A stretch of DNA of 64,000 nucleotides from Callorhinchus milii (lineage: Eukaryota): the NCBI RefSeq assembly GCF_018977255.1, contig NW_024704742.1, positions 10,046,001 through 10,110,000 on the forward strand, written 5' to 3'. Each line of letters begins with the position of its first letter. The first letter of the stretch is position 1. Below, in pieces: positions 11,843-26,070 of the stretch. The notes below the pieces were generated by a model that had not been told where the DNA came from, did no database searches, and saw nothing but the letters and a program-made list of their open reading frames with translations. The position numbers and the translations under genes were made by a program.

Positions 11843-14111
11843 CTTCCCAGAGCCTCCAGCTAGATTATCTGCTTTGACTTGTTTCTTTTCCACTGTATTT
11901 CCATTTAAGAGCACGCAATTTCACTGTCATGGATTTGAGTCAGAATAACCAAGCATCATTTTTTTACACAAGATTTGGATTTCATTGAATATCTACAAAT
12001 AAAAAATAATAATAATTTGATGACTCAATCCACGACTGTTTGTGGGACGCTCCCACAATTGGCTGCTGCGTTTCATTCACAAAAAATACAGTCAATTCAC
12101 TTTACAGTATATTCTGTGAAGAGCTTTAAGACGTCTCGAAGACGTGATAAGGCGCTATATCAAATGCAAGGATTATTATTGTTGTAAATAATATGGAAAA
12201 ATTCTAACAACAACAGCAACTCGCATTTATATAGCGCCCCTCACATGGGGTACCATCCCGGTGCTTGACAGTGGTGGTGTCTGATGAGCCAAGCGGAGAG
12301 GGAGTTGGGAGGTGACCGTAAGCATAATCAAAAAGGAAGGTCTTTAGGTGGGATTTGAAGGTGGGGAGGGAGGGGTGATCTCCTGACTCCTGACTCTCAA
12401 ACTGTACCAAGGCACGCTGATGTTTTCTCAACAGCAATCTGTTCTGAGATACAACTTTCATGGCAGGCAAAGTTGCACGGAAATTGCAAAGAGAAGAGAG
12501 TTCCTCCCAGTGTCCTGGCCAAGATGGTGTGGAATAAGACCATGGCCCCTTTAAGTGTTACACAAACAATCCTCCAGTTTAACAGGTCATTTGCTTCTCC
12601 TGTGGGAATTTGCTGTGCTGTAAATGACTGCTGAGCTTGCTGACAGAAATAATCATTCCTCTTTACAGGAATTACTGCGGAGAATTTTCGAGATGTCTCA
12701 ACAAGATAAGGTCTTATAAAAAGGCACCTCTTTCTTTACACAGAGCAATGCTGCTGACTGGGTGAGTGGGAGCATCACATATTTGCACAAGGTTATCAAG
12801 CCCCTATTCCTCACAAACTGCACAGTTTGGCATTATCTCATTTGACTTGCCCTGCAACATATGTTGGACCTTGACCAAGAAGCAGGCCTGTCCTGATGCC
12901 ACAATAGGAAGTGTGCAGGAGTGGTGATAGAGGCCTGGCTTGTCCAGCAATACATCAGCATGTCAAGCTCCCAACCACTGCTAAAAGGGAAGGGATGATA
13001 AACACGCCATGTCAAATAATCCACAAACCCAAAGCACAGTGTGTACAACTGTATATGGCACAGACTAACCTTAACATTTGTGGGGTCATTAATTCCCATG
13101 GTGTAGTCAAAGTGGAATTTTCTTGAATGCCTAATAGAATTATTTAATTGCTTCATTGTGTTCCAGCGCCTTGGGACTTCCTCCTGACGTGAAAGGCACT
13201 ATACAAATGTAATCTTGTTGTTGTTGTTGTTGCAATGTTTGGTTGATGCAGTGAGTTAAGTGTGCAAGTCGCCAACCTGTTCTGACCAATTGTGCATAGC
13301 AGTATCCCACAAACAGTAATGATTTGAGTGACTTTTTTTTGAGGGACTATTACCCCACAAACCGATCCGCTAATCGATTGCACACCAATCACTTACTGCA
13401 AGGTGAACAGAGGTGTGTGGAATAAGGAAACTTGCCCAAGGTTTCACCCTGCCCGGGAATCGAACCCAGGTCCTCTAGCTTGCTGGGCGAGTGCTCTAAC
13501 CACTGAGCTTAACCTGCATTGGGACTTTGCTAGGGAGAGCTGTCTGAAGCTATAAATAGAATGATGGAGGAGTGCTGAGCTACCCCCAATGCAGCAGCTG
13601 AAGGTGAATAAGTCTCATAAACCACCGAGGGGCCTGACTGGTACATTGTGGGGCAGTGCCTACAGGAGGATAAGCTCCTAATGGCAAGAAGATAAAATGG
13701 AATAAGAAGTCCCTGCTGAGCTTGGAACTCTTGTGGTTCCTAGGAGCTTCAGGAAATGTGCAACGGGAAAAGGGAAAAAAAACAAGAGAAGAGGGTCAAC
13801 AATCTCTTAGGAGGATAACACACTCTTAAAAAAAATTTAATTATCGTATATGCACAAATAGCAGCTCGCTTCATGTCCCCCGATGCTCCACCTCACCATT
13901 TGTGAGTGATCCTTCAGCCATTTTGCCCGCACTTCACCCTAAGTCCCTCCACCTTGCCCCCTCCCCCCTCACTTAAAAAAAACACCTGAAGTCCTAGCTC
14001 TTCAAACACAATCTTGGCGTTTCTACCTCCTCCCCCCCCACTGACCCCGCAGCTCCACCGTCCCTAGTTGGGCTTCCAGTCAGTTATGTGAAGGTCTTTG
14101 ACACATCCTGT

Positions 14112-14490
14112 GGAGTCCTGTAGCTTAATGGTTGGAGCACTTGCCTCGCACATGAGATGACCAGGGTTCAATTCCTGGGCAGGATAGGGTGAAATGTTGG
14201 GCAAGTTTCCTTACTCCACACGCCTCTGTTTACCTCGTGGTAAGTAGGAATCTGGTTGTTAGTCGATTGGCAAATCGCTTTTCCCAGGTTAATAATTCCT
14301 TCAATATAAATAAAAATAATTTGGTCTCTCAATCCATGACTCCTTATGGGACACTGCTGTGTGCAATTGGCTGCCACATTTCGCCCACAAAATATGCAGT
14401 CAATTTAATTTAAAGTATATTCTGTGAAGTGCTTTGAAGTGTCTCGAAGAAGTAATAAGGCGCTATATGAAATGCAAAGATTATTATTAT
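14112..14490 (+). mobile_element. tRNA-derived SINE, full length
   Basis: GGAGTCCTGTAGCT head, GGTTCAATTCC B box, (ATT)n tail. Confidence 0.92.
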
Positions 14491-15685
14491 CCTCCTGATA
14501 TGAAAGGTGCTATACATATTTCATATAAATGTAAACAGAATGGAGCACATTGCTCTTTGGCCTCAAGTCAAAGTCACACTGCAGCAGGATTCACTTTGGT
14601 GATTCTTTTGTACCTTACTGGCAGGCATTCGGAAAATTTCTGCAAATGAGTGAATTACGTCTAAAAAGATTAACAGGGTTGTCAGGAAACTTGCACACAT
14701 CTGAAATGTGTTTGCCTGTAAGGCACAAACCTGCAGCTATTTTTAGGAACAAATGTGAAGGTGTTTTTTTTCTTTATTACCTGCACCTAGAATGGAAAGT
14801 CACTGCAGCTAATTCAGAAAGGAATAGCACACTGTGCATATCGATGTTGTGCACCTGACCTATATTTACATACACTGCAGTGAGGGTGATACTACACGCA
14901 ATTAATACAGACGTGCATTGCTCTTGTTATTTTTAAACAGATGTAGTCTTGTTTTGTAAAAACATATAAATTTAATCCTATATACCAGATCTGTTATTCT
15001 CTATATAGTATATACAAGGTCTGGGAATGGATAATGTGCTCACGGAACAGTACAAGGTGCCATCTTCCAAGACTAGGGCTGGAACTCTCTCTTTCAATCA
15101 CTCCAGCTTGCCCCTTCTTTCTCCTTTTTTAGATCACAACTGAAGACTTTCCTCTTCAACCGTGCTAATGGTCACTTCCTCCCTCTCCCCGGCTTGGCTC
15201 CACTACTGATAAGCGCTCCGGTACTCTAGTTGTTGTTGTTGTAGGTTGAAACACACTAAAAAATAAAGGGAGCTTCAATAACATGCTGTACCCTGTGACA
15301 CTGGGGTAGCTGAAATGGGAATATATCCTAATCCTTACTAGTGGCAGCTTGTCATTAGAGGTTAGGGAGGCTAAGACTTCCCCAACCTGTTTCTAGTGGT
15401 TATTGTGACGGAATCTCAACCCTCGCTCCCCACCCCACCCCACCCTCCCCCCACCACCCCAGCATGATATCCAATTGAGTTAGATAACCTGTTGTGCAAA
15501 TGTGCAAAATTATGTGGAGTCCTGTAGCTCAGTGGTTAGAGCACTCGCTTCACAAGAGGGAGACCTGGGTTCGATTGCCGGCAGGGTGAAAAGTTGGCCA
15601 AGTTTCCTTACTCCACACGCCTCTGTTTTCATAGCAGTAAGTTGGAACCTGTTTGTTAGTTGATTGGCGGATTTTTTTCCAGGGG

Positions 15686-16360
15686 TAAGAACATAAGAAC
15701 ATAAGAATTAGGAGCAGGGGTAGGCCATTCGGCCCCTCGAGCCTGCCCCGCCATTCGATAAGATCATGGCTGATCTTCTGAGCTAACTCTAATTACCTGC
15801 CCTATCCCCATATCCCCAACCCCTCTGAGTGAAGAAATGTTTCCTCAACTCTGTTCTAAAAGGCTGACCCTTAATTTTAAGACTGTGACCCCTGGTTATA
15901 GATTCTCCTACCAGGGGAAACAGTCCCTCAGTGTCTACTTTATCAGCCCTTTAAGAATCTTGTTTCGATAAGGTATCCCCTAATTCTTCTGTACTCTAGA
16001 GAATACAGCCCTAGTTTATTCAGCCTATCCTCATAAGTCATTCCCCTCATCCCAGGAACTAACCGAGTGAATCTCTCGGGCAAGTATGTCCTTTTTTAAA
16101 TAAGGAGACCAAAACTGCACACAATACTCTAGGTGCAGTCTCACCAAGGCCCTATACAGTTGCAGCAAGACTTCCCTACTCTTGTACTCTAAACCTTTTG
16201 CAATGAACGCTAACATGCCGTTCGCCTTCTTAGTTGCTTGCTGCACCTGCAAACTAACTTTTTGAGACTGGTGTACAAGGACACCCAAATCCCTCTGAAC
16301 ACTAACACTATCTAATCTCTCCCCCTCTAGAAAATAATCTGTTTTTCTATTTTTGCTACC
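15686..16360 (-). mobile_element. CR1 LINE 3' fragment inserted in a plus-strand SINE (15516-16532)
   Basis: KKANGMLAFIAKGLEYKSREVLLQLYRALVRLHLEYCVQFWSP; (AAGAACAT)n tail; flanked by ag(g)ggtaa on both sides. Confidence 0.93.
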
Positions 16361-16804
16361 TAGGGTAATAATCCCTAAAAAATGTTTTACTCAATCAACG
16401 ACTGTTTCTGAGACACTGCTGTGCGCATTTGGTTGCCGCATTTCACCAACAAAATATATAGCTTCTGTGAAGTGCTTTGAGGTGTCTCAACGACATGATA
16501 GGGCGCTATATCAAATATAAGGATTATTATTAAATAGAGCTGCATTAACTTCAAATGACTAAATTTTACTATTATTTTAACAACAGAGGGCTGGCTCGAT
16601 TCCCATTTTCCTCCCTGAAAGTGAGATGTGATATTCTTGCTATTTATTTGTGTTCTACCCACAAAATGCAGTCTCTACACTTTACAGTGAATCCTGTGAA
16701 GTGTTTTGAGATGTCTCAATGATGTGATAAGGCAAATGCAAGAATTATTATTATTATCAATTATTATTATTTCAAAGAGTAAACCAGTTGCTCGGCCCCC
16801 TATA

Positions 16805-17545
16805 TAGAATCACAGAATCATACAATTGTACAGCACAGAAGGAGGCCATTCGGGCCATCATGTCTGTGCCGGCTCTTTGCAAAGAGCTATCCAATTCAAT
16901 TCCACTTCCCCGCTCTCTCTTCATAGCTCTGCAAACTTGTCCTCCCAAAATAATTATCTACTTCTCTCTTAAAAGTTGTTATCGAATCGGTTTCCACCAC
17001 CCTTTCAGGTAATGCATTCCATATCTGAACAACTCGCTGTGTGAAAAAATGACTCCTCACCTCCCCTCTGTGTCTCTTATAACTATTTTAAATCAGTTTC
17101 CTTGGGTTATCGACCCACCAGTCAATGGAAATAGTTTCTCCTTATTCACCCTATCAAATCCCCTCATCGTTTTGAAAAATTCTATTAAGTCTCCTCTTAA
17201 CTTTCTCTGCTCCAAGGATAATAATCCCAGCTTCTCTAACCTCTCCTGATAACTGAAGTCCCTCTTCCTGGTAAATCTCCTTTGCATCCTCTCCAATACC
17301 TTGACAACCTTCCTAAAGTGTGTGGCCCAGAACTGAACACAGTCTCTCGCTGAGGCCTAACCGGTGTTTTATAAAGGTTTATCATAACTTCTTGCGTTTT
17401 GTATTCTATGCCCCTAGTTGTAAAGCCTAGTATCCTGTGTGCTTTTTTTTAACATCTTTATCTACCTGTCCTGCCACCTTCAAAGATTTACTTATATGAA
17501 CCCCCAGGTCTTCCTTCACCCCCTTTAAAATTGTACCATTTAGTG
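16805..17545 (-). mobile_element. CR1 LINE 3' fragment
   Basis: ERMQRRFTR...LEKLGLLSLEQRKLRGDLIE motif; tail with atagaatc repeats. Confidence 0.92.
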
Positions 17546-17549
17546 TATA

Positions 17550-17995
17550 CTGATTGGCTCGCGCCAGTGCCTCTGCATCTCAGGCTCTGGCAGCATCAAC
17601 CTCCATGGTTGCACATTCAACTCACCAAACCAGTCAGGAACCTGGGTGTCTTGTTTGACCCTCAACTGTCTTTTCTTCCCCACATCCAAGCCATGACCCG
17701 CTCTGCCTTCCCTCAACTCCTTAACATCGCCCAACTCCACCATGACCTCACCCCTCAGGCCGCTGAAACTCTTGTTCATGCCTTCATCACCTCCAGGCTC
17801 GACTATGCAAACGTCCTGCCTTCCCAACTCCTCCCTCCACAGACTGCAGATAATCCAGAACTCTACAGCCCGTGTCCTCTCCCGCACCAAACTCCGTGTC
17901 CCCATCTCCCCCATTCTCGCCCGACTCCATTGGCTCCCTATCCTTCAGAGGATCCAGTTCAAGATCCTGGTCCTCACATACAAAGCCCTCCCTTC
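17550..17995 (+). mobile_element. L2 LINE internal fragment
   Basis: KPVRNLGVLFDPQLSF...AAETLVHAFITSRLDY motif. Confidence 0.9.
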
Positions 17996-20900
17996 AGGCC
18001 GATGTCTGCCCATTTTACCAGTCTGTCTATGTCCATTTGCAGTCTGTTACTATTCTCCTCATTGTTTACTACTTTCCCTACATGGGTTGAGTAACTGGAT
18101 GATTATTCATATTTGAATCTGTGAAATGGATCAATGCTCATCCCTCCTCATCATGATCTATTTAATGCCTGACAAACTGTCAATGGAAGAAAGGCAGAAT
18201 AAATATCAGTCTTGCCCTACGTCACACTTGAACAGTTCACGATTAAACGTACAATTGCCTTTCAACAGTTGGCAGAGTTGCTTTCAAGCCAGCTTCTAAC
18301 ACTGACAGCTAATCACACAGTCTGCCTGGTCTGTCTAAATTTACATCAGGGAGTTAGCAGGACTGGAAAAATAACACTCAGCTTTGAGAGGTTGCAAAGC
18401 AAGGAGAATGCTTGCTTTGAGAATCCACAACTGTTTGTGGGACTCTGCTGTGTGCAATTGGCTTCCATGTTTCGCCCACAAAATATACAGTCAATTCATT
18501 TTACAATATATTCTGTGAAGCGCTTTGAGACGTCTAGAAGACATGAAAAGCGCTGTATCAAATGGAAGGATTAAAGTCTCTCACTAAACTATATAGGGTT
18601 AAAACATTCTCCATCTAAAGGGGAGAATAAAAAAAAGTAACCTTTTGAATACTGGATGTCTATTGCAGCTTTGATATCCCTACATTCTGTTTGGCAGAAC
18701 ACATTTCTGTCAAATGCTACATATCTTTAAAGCAGGCGACAGCTGCAGGGCAGCAATCTGATGTAGAGGAAGGTGTTAGCCAATAGGTGAGTGAAATGTT
18801 TCCATTCCATAATCAACAGAGCACGACCTTGCAGATCATCTTGGAAATACCGGTATTGAAATGTATAAATTCTAACCTTATTCTCTTGTGACAGAGGGTA
18901 TGCATACCGGGAGACTGGTTACCTTTGCAGAGATTCTGTGTTGTTTTGATACAGAAATATGTATTGCAAGCTTTGCCGAGCCAAAAGCAATCAAAACTGG
19001 CGTCATTTTTCAGATGGTTTCTATTTGATCCTTTCATGTGGCTTCACCTTTCTGTGCTCTACATTCATCAAGTTCAGTGATTTATCAAAAGGACAAGAAT
19101 TTCTAGTGAAATCGTAGCAGATGTGCAGTTGAAGTACAACTGATTTCAAGATCCTCTCACTCGTTTTCAAATCCCTAGCACCTCCCTGCTTACTGACCTG
19201 CTTACCACTCAACTCACAACCTGCTGCCTCCACTCGACTGGCTCTGTCCTCTTGTGGCCCTCGTGCTCTATGTTCCACCATTGGTGGCTGTGCTTTCAGC
19301 CACTATGTCCCAAAACTCTGGAACCGTCTTCGTCTATCCCTCCGCCTGGTCCATCTTCAGGTTGCACCTGAAGACCTTCCTATTTGAACATTCCTACGGT
19401 CACCACCCACCTCCCCCCCAGCTCGGCGTCACTGTCAAGCACTCTGGGATGCTGAGTGAGCGGTGCTGTGTAAATGCAAGTTGTTGTTCTTACAATGCAG
19501 GGGTTTAAAAGCAGAACCAAGATCAAAATCCAGCCCACACTCAACTTCTGGAACTGGTCAGTGTTTCTTGTTGCTAAGATCTGACTTAAGATGTGTTGAC
19601 TACACAGTTGCTTTCCTGGATGTATTTTGTTTAGGTGTGAAGATGAAATGAATCTTTGTTACATAATATCTATTTCACCCACTCCGCCCCCACATACTTC
19701 TGTCTAAGTCCACATTGGGTGGTTCACTTGGTGATGTGCAGTTGTGTAAGGAAAGAAACCCTTGATGGATCTTCCCTCTGTGCTACAGAGAAAGGCAAAA
19801 AACATGTCCTAGGTGATGTCTTAGTAGTAATGGTCATCTGGTCTAGCTTTCAGACTCATGTGTCCCTACACTTTTGGTGCTATACAACACAAACTAAATT
19901 GGTCATGGCTATTTGTGGGACATTGCTACGTGCAAATTGGCTGCCAAGTTTACCCACAAGGTATGCAGTCACTCCACTTTACGGATCTTTACTCCTGTCA
20001 AGCTCTTTAATGCATCCTCCTGACGTGAAAAGCGCAATATGAACTGTAAGGGGGATGGAGGCTGAAGGCTCGACTGACCTACCTGCTGAGCGGAGAGCGT
20101 GGACAGTTTGATATGGGGTTAGCAGGTCACAGAGGTAGGAAGGAGCAAGCCCGTGGAAGGGTTTGAAGGCGAGGACGAGGATTTTGAACTCTATCCTCTG
20201 GGGGATGGGGTGCCAGTGGGAGACATCTTGATTAACATTCCATAGTTAATCATAATGGGTGTCATAGGCCATGATGGAAAAGCTGTCAGGTTTTATTCAA
20301 CCAGAGGGTCTGTCTGCCAAACAGCATCTCAGGGAATTGGTGAAATAGGGGGATGAGGTTGAATATTGCCCCTTTCCTAGACTGACAATGGGTGAATTAA
20401 AAGTGTCATCACTAGGCACCAAATAAAAGAAAATCCAGTGGTATGTTTGCCTATTAAAGATTATAATTTACTTTGTTCATAAACAAAAAGGTACAACAAA
20501 GGTAGTTTCCATATTCAACGATTCTAAGCACATCCACTTGTTCACGAGAATTAATACGTTGATTTATTTTCTGTCGGTAGCATTTAGGCACGATCCGTCA
20601 CAGGTGGTAAATTGGGTTTCATGCGGTTATGCTGTTTTATTTGAATGCCTTACTTCGGACAGTAGTTGGGGCAAAATATTAGCTATTACTAACTAAATGG
20701 ATATTCAGAGGGGCAGCACACACATATCAAGGGCTAAATGGCCTTCTTTTGTGCTGTAAGGTTCTATGGGTATAGAATAGAAATGATGAATGTGCTCTCT
20801 CACACACACAGTTGAAATATGAATTAAAATAAAAAACAATAGTGACAAAACAAAATTGATACAGAGCATTATCACATCGTCTCAAAGCACTTCATTGGAT

Positions 20901-21959
20901 TTTTACCATGCAGTGTAGTGACTATGTATTTGTAGGTTGCCCATGTAGCAATGTCCTACAAACAGCCATGAAGCGAGTGACCAATTTTATCTGAAGATTT
21001 GTTGGCCAGGACACCAGACAAAACTCTATTCTCTATTTGAATAATGCCATGGGATTATTAACATCCACCTGTGCCAATACAGCATTCCCGCAGCACGTCA
21101 GCTACGAACTCAAAGGTCCAGATGTGGGACTTAAAACCACAATCAGATGCCTTAACTGATGTTAGAAACCAATCTAACTGATAAATCTATCCTTTTCCAC
21201 TGCCTCTAAAGTTTATAAAGCTGATGGAGGCTATGGAACAGGCCAAGTTCTGCCTCCTCGCTCTGCTGGAGAGAACATTAACGGGTTAAGTAATCTTTGG
21301 GATGAAGAGAAGTAAATTCTCATTTGTTGTTAGTCAATTGATGGATTGCTTTCCCGGGTTAATAATTCCTTCAAAAAATAATAATAATAATAAATCGGTC
21401 ATTTCAATCCATAACTGTTTGTGGGACACTTCTCTACACAATTGACTGCCACAAAAAATACAATCAATTCACTTACAGTATATTCTGTAAAATGCTATGA
21501 GACATCTCAAAGACGTGATAAGGTGCTATATCAAATGCAAGGATTATTATTATATTATTTGCAAGTTGTTGGAAGTCTCGGCATTTCTCCCCCTTACCCC
21601 TCTTACAACTGATGAGGGAGGTCCTGGAATTGGGGACCCTTTCCTGGCCAAACATCACTCACTCCACTGTAGAGCTTTGTTACAAAAACACTTCTGAATG
21701 CCAGTGTGATGCTATCTAACCCCAGACACTCAGCACTGTGCAATCAGAACTGCCAATTGCCAGAGTGAGACAAACAGCTCTTTGTGCTTTCTGAGTACAT
21801 CGATGATCGCACAGTCTGGCTGTGTCAAGTCAATATCAAACACAGCCACATTAACATACATTCTGGATAAACAAGTTGCAAACACACCACAGTAGGCTGT
21901 GTGTTAAAATACAGCAGATTATAAAGGATGAGAATGACTCGGGGAGGAAATAAGCAGGG

Positions 21960-22275
21960 GTATCCCGGGACTGAGCTGGCTCCAAGGTAACATGCTTGGC
22001 AAAGGAATGTCGGAATCAAGTCAATCCTCTCTGGCAGTCTTGCTCATCTGGTTTCTGACCCAGGGATATACCAGTAACTGGAAGCTGGGATTCTTCCCAT
22101 TTGGCTCCTGTTAACTCTGAAAGTAAAAGCTCTGATGGTGGTCCTAGCTCGCCAAGCAGTGGGAAGGTAGCCAGCAGTGCTCGCAATGGCAACTATTCTG
22201 TTGTAGCTGGTTAAACTCCAGGAGTCCCTCAATACACCCCCTGGGCGGCGGCTAAAGTTTGGCTCTTGCCAACCA
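21960..22275 (+). mobile_element. Unclassified interspersed repeat, copy 2
   Basis: ctggctccaaggtaacatgcttggcaaaggaatgtcggaatc is the reverse complement of ~35384-35426; similarity continues to ttggctcttgc. Confidence 0.65.
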
Positions 22276-24004
22276 TAGAAAGGTCAAAAATTAGCCAGAG
22301 TTCAGGATTCCACTGTCAAGTGCGCAGGGACACTGCCCTGCATGAGGGGTGCTATATAAATGCAAGTTGTTGTTGTTGAATTACAGAGCTGAAGTAAAGG
22401 GAGGACATGATCCATACATTCAAACGATGAGCAACACAGTGTATATGTAAGCAAATCGTTTGCTTTTAGACAGAGAGATCAGAAGTAAGAATATAGGTTT
22501 AAATTTAAAAAGACTCAAACAAGACTAGGGATTAGCAGATTTGTTTCCTCCAGAGTTGTGGGTATGTGGGACAGAGTCAATGAACTCCTCTGTGAAAGTA
22601 TTGCATATTTTAAAAAAATTATACATTTTGGACTCTCTGAATTGCTACTTTAATGGAGTACATCTAGTCTGAGGTCAAGTTTTATCCATTTGGGGATAGA
22701 TGCTAATGGAGATGAAAATATGCCATATGGTATACAATGCAACACAATGATTTCAGTTCTTCTGATAGGGAGGGGAGATGTTATAACAATAATCCTAGCA
22801 TTTGATATTGTCTCTTATCACATTGTTCAAATGTCTCAAGACACTTGGCATAGATTTAATGTTATGATAATAACATAATAATCCTTGCATTTGATATAGC
22901 ACTTTACTGTGTGATTGAGACGCCTCAAAGCGCTTCACAGAATAGATTGTAAACTGAATTGACTTGTATATTTTGTGGTTTCTGTGAATTTGTAGGGAAA
23001 CTCAATTTTATCTGGGGAATTGTTGGCCAGGGCAGCAGGAGAAACTCCATTCTCTTTTTTAATAGTGTCATGGGATCGTTAACAACCACTGCCCCGTCAA
23101 TACAATACAAATTTCACATCTGGGGGACATTCCAAGGCACTGGACAGTCAGGGAATTTGGATCCGAGTTGCGGGTTGAGATCAGTAGGGGTGGAGGGCAG
23201 GGAAGGTAGGGATAGGAGGATGGCCGAAGGTGTGGTTGAAGAGAAGGGTCTTGAGACAAGCCTTGAAGGAGGCAAGGGAGGCACTGAGGCAGAGGGAATG
23301 TGGGATGGATTACCAAAGGGTGGGGGCAGAAACGCTGAAGGCTTGACTGCCAATAGTGGGGCGGGCCAGGCGGAGGACGTGGAGCAGGCTGGAGCCTGCT
23401 GAGCAGAGGGAGCGGACAGGTTACATAAGAGGAGGAGGGTCGGGGTGGAAGGCCGGAGAGTTTGGGATAAACTAATATTATAAAAAATGTCCTTGATCAC
23501 CCATTGGTCCATGGTGTAGAAGGTTATATGTGAAAGATCCAAATAGCCTTTTATCATTTCGGGCCTCATGTTGTTATCTGCTGCCAGCATTTACTAAGAA
23601 TTTGAATTCAATTTGCATTCCATGGCTTGCATTGAATAAAAAATGAGCTGAATCCTTTTGATTTTGCACTGGGGAAAACAAGAAAATTGTGACTGATTAA
23701 AAGAACCGTGTTTCCCTCAGTTTTAATCTCATGGCTCAGTGAATGAAGGCTGTGTTACCAGAGAAGCAAGAAGTCGTGAAGGCCCAATATTGAGATCAAC
23801 ACATCACATCAAAGAGGATGAGGGGGGAAAGGTTATTTTTCTATTTTCATACATGATCTGCATAGCACTGCACAGTATGACATAAGGTTAAGACTGAATT
23901 ATGCTTCCAGCTGCTTGTCTGCTCTACAGATGGACATCAGACTTTGCCTTTTGCACAGGGGCAAAATTGATATAACAATAATAATAGTCCCCTGATGTTC
24001 TGTA

Positions 24005-25375
24005 AACCTGCCTCCAGGTCATCCAGAACTCTGCTGCCCGCATTCTTACCCATACCAAACTCCGCTGCACTGCAAACTTCCTTCAGCTGAACGTTAACAA
24101 GACGGAAGCCATACTCTTTGGCTTTTGTCAACGTCTAAAATCTCACAGTTCTCACCTCCTCCACCTACCCAACCTCCCCCTAAAACTCTCCGAATCCGTA
24201 CTCAACCTGGGCGCTAAATTCAACCCCCAATTATCCTTCCTCCCCCACATCTGGTCCCTCACCAGCACTGCCTTCTTCCACCTCCGATGCATTGCCCGAC
24301 TCCGCCAATACCTCTCTCCGAAAGCCACTGAAACCCTGGTCCATGGCTTTGTCACTTCTCGGCTGGACTATTCTAATGCCCTCCTCGCCAACCTCCCCTC
24401 CACTACCATCCATAAAATCCAGATTATTCAAAACTCTGCCGCCCGCATTCTCACCCGCACCAAACTCCGCTCCCCGATAACCCCAGTCCACCCCAGTCGA
24501 TCCCCCAGAGGATCGAATTCAAGATCCTCACCCTCACCTACAAAGCCATTCACGGCCTTGCTCCCTCCTACCTCTCCGACCTACTATCCCCCTACCTACC
24601 TGCCTGTACCCTTCGTTCCTCTGGCTCCGGTCTGCTCCACATCCCCCGCCCCAACCGCCCTACTATCGGTGGCCGGGCCTTCAGCCTCTCAGCCCCTAGG
24701 CTCTGGAACTCTATCCCCAGTGCCTTCGCCGCCTCCTCCCTTTCCTCCTTCAAGGCCGGTCTCAAGACCTTTCTCTTTGACCGTGCCTTCAGCTCCCCTT
24801 TCGACTTGCTACCCCCTCCTCGTTCCCTCCCTTCCCTCCCCTCACCCTGACCATTTCCCCCCTGCTCGGGTCCTGACCCAACTGTACAGCGCTTTGGGAC
24901 GTCCTCCCGACGTGAAAGGCGCTCAATAAATGGAATCTTGTTGTTGTTGTTGTTGTCCTTGCCAGACTGCATTGACTGCCTGTCCCAGAGAGGATCGACT
25001 TCAAGATCGTCACCCTTGTCTTCAAATCCCTCCACTCCTCTGCACCTCCCGACCTCTCTGACCTCCTCTCTCCTCAAAACAGTGCCCGTTGCCTTCGTTC
25101 CTCCGGGTCCGGCCTCCTCCTTGTCCCCCGAGTCCTCTGCTCCATCCTCGGCGGTGGTACCCCGAGGCTCAGGAACTCCCTTCCTCACTCCCTTCGCCTC
25201 GCTCCCTCTCTTCCTATTTTCAGGTCTCTGCTGAAGACCTTTGTTTTCGACAGCGCCTTTGGTCACCTTCCTCCCCCTCACCCTGGCTCAGTCCTGGGAT
25301 CCGTTACTGTGAAGCGCTCTGAGACGCCGTCCGGTGTGGAGGGCACTATATAAATCCAAGTTGTTGTTGTTATTG
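24005..25375 (+). mobile_element. Tandem L2 LINE fragments: an older piece, a young 3' copy ending 24955, and a second L2 family ending ~25375
   Basis: RT C-terminal motifs and two distinct 3' tails (aaatggaatcttgttg and aaatccaagttgttg). Confidence 0.9.
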
Positions 25376-25839
25376 TAATCCTTGCATTTGATTAGCGCCT
25401 TATCACGTCTTCGAGAGGTCACAAACCGCTTCACAGAATATACTGTAAAATGAATTGACGGTATATTTTGTGGGTGAAATGTGGCAGCCAATTGCGCACA
25501 GCATTACTCTACCTCTATGTAAAGGTCTAGCTTCCTCTTGAATGCATGTACATACTATCAAAATGAATTGAAAAAATAAATTTGGTCACATAATCCACGA
25601 CTGCTCGTGGGACACTGCTGTGTGCAATTGGCTGCCTTGTTTCTCCCACAAAACACAATCAATTCACTTTACAATGTATTTTGTGAAGTGCTTTGAAACA
25701 TCTCAACGATGTGTTAAGGTGCTATATCAACTGCAAGGATATTATTATTCCCTCCTGGCAGTGCGTCTCGTGGATGGACTGTCCCTCGGGCAAAGGCGGC
25801 TCAGCCAAGGGTTAACTTCACAATCGAGCAACAACTTTA

Positions 25840-26070
25840 ATACAGCCAAGCCCTGATCCTGCCCTCATCGGCCATCTACTGATGTTGCCAGGGGCCAGGG
25901 AGAAGTCACAATAACAACAACAAAATTACATTTGTATAGCGCCTTTCACGTTGGGAGGACATCCCAAGGTGCTGGACATTCAGTAACAATCACATTGCAA
26001 GGACACTGGTCAATTTTCCCTTCCGCGCCTGAGGACATGGATATTGAGACTAATTGTGGAGCCCAAACAC
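25840..26070 (-). mobile_element. LF-SINE-like relic, interrupted by an L2 tail at ~25910-25978
   Basis: agccaagccctgatcctgccctc...attttccc...gagactaattgt resembles the LF-SINE body as I recall it. Similar relics at ~32900-33000 and 54010-54120. Confidence 0.4.
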
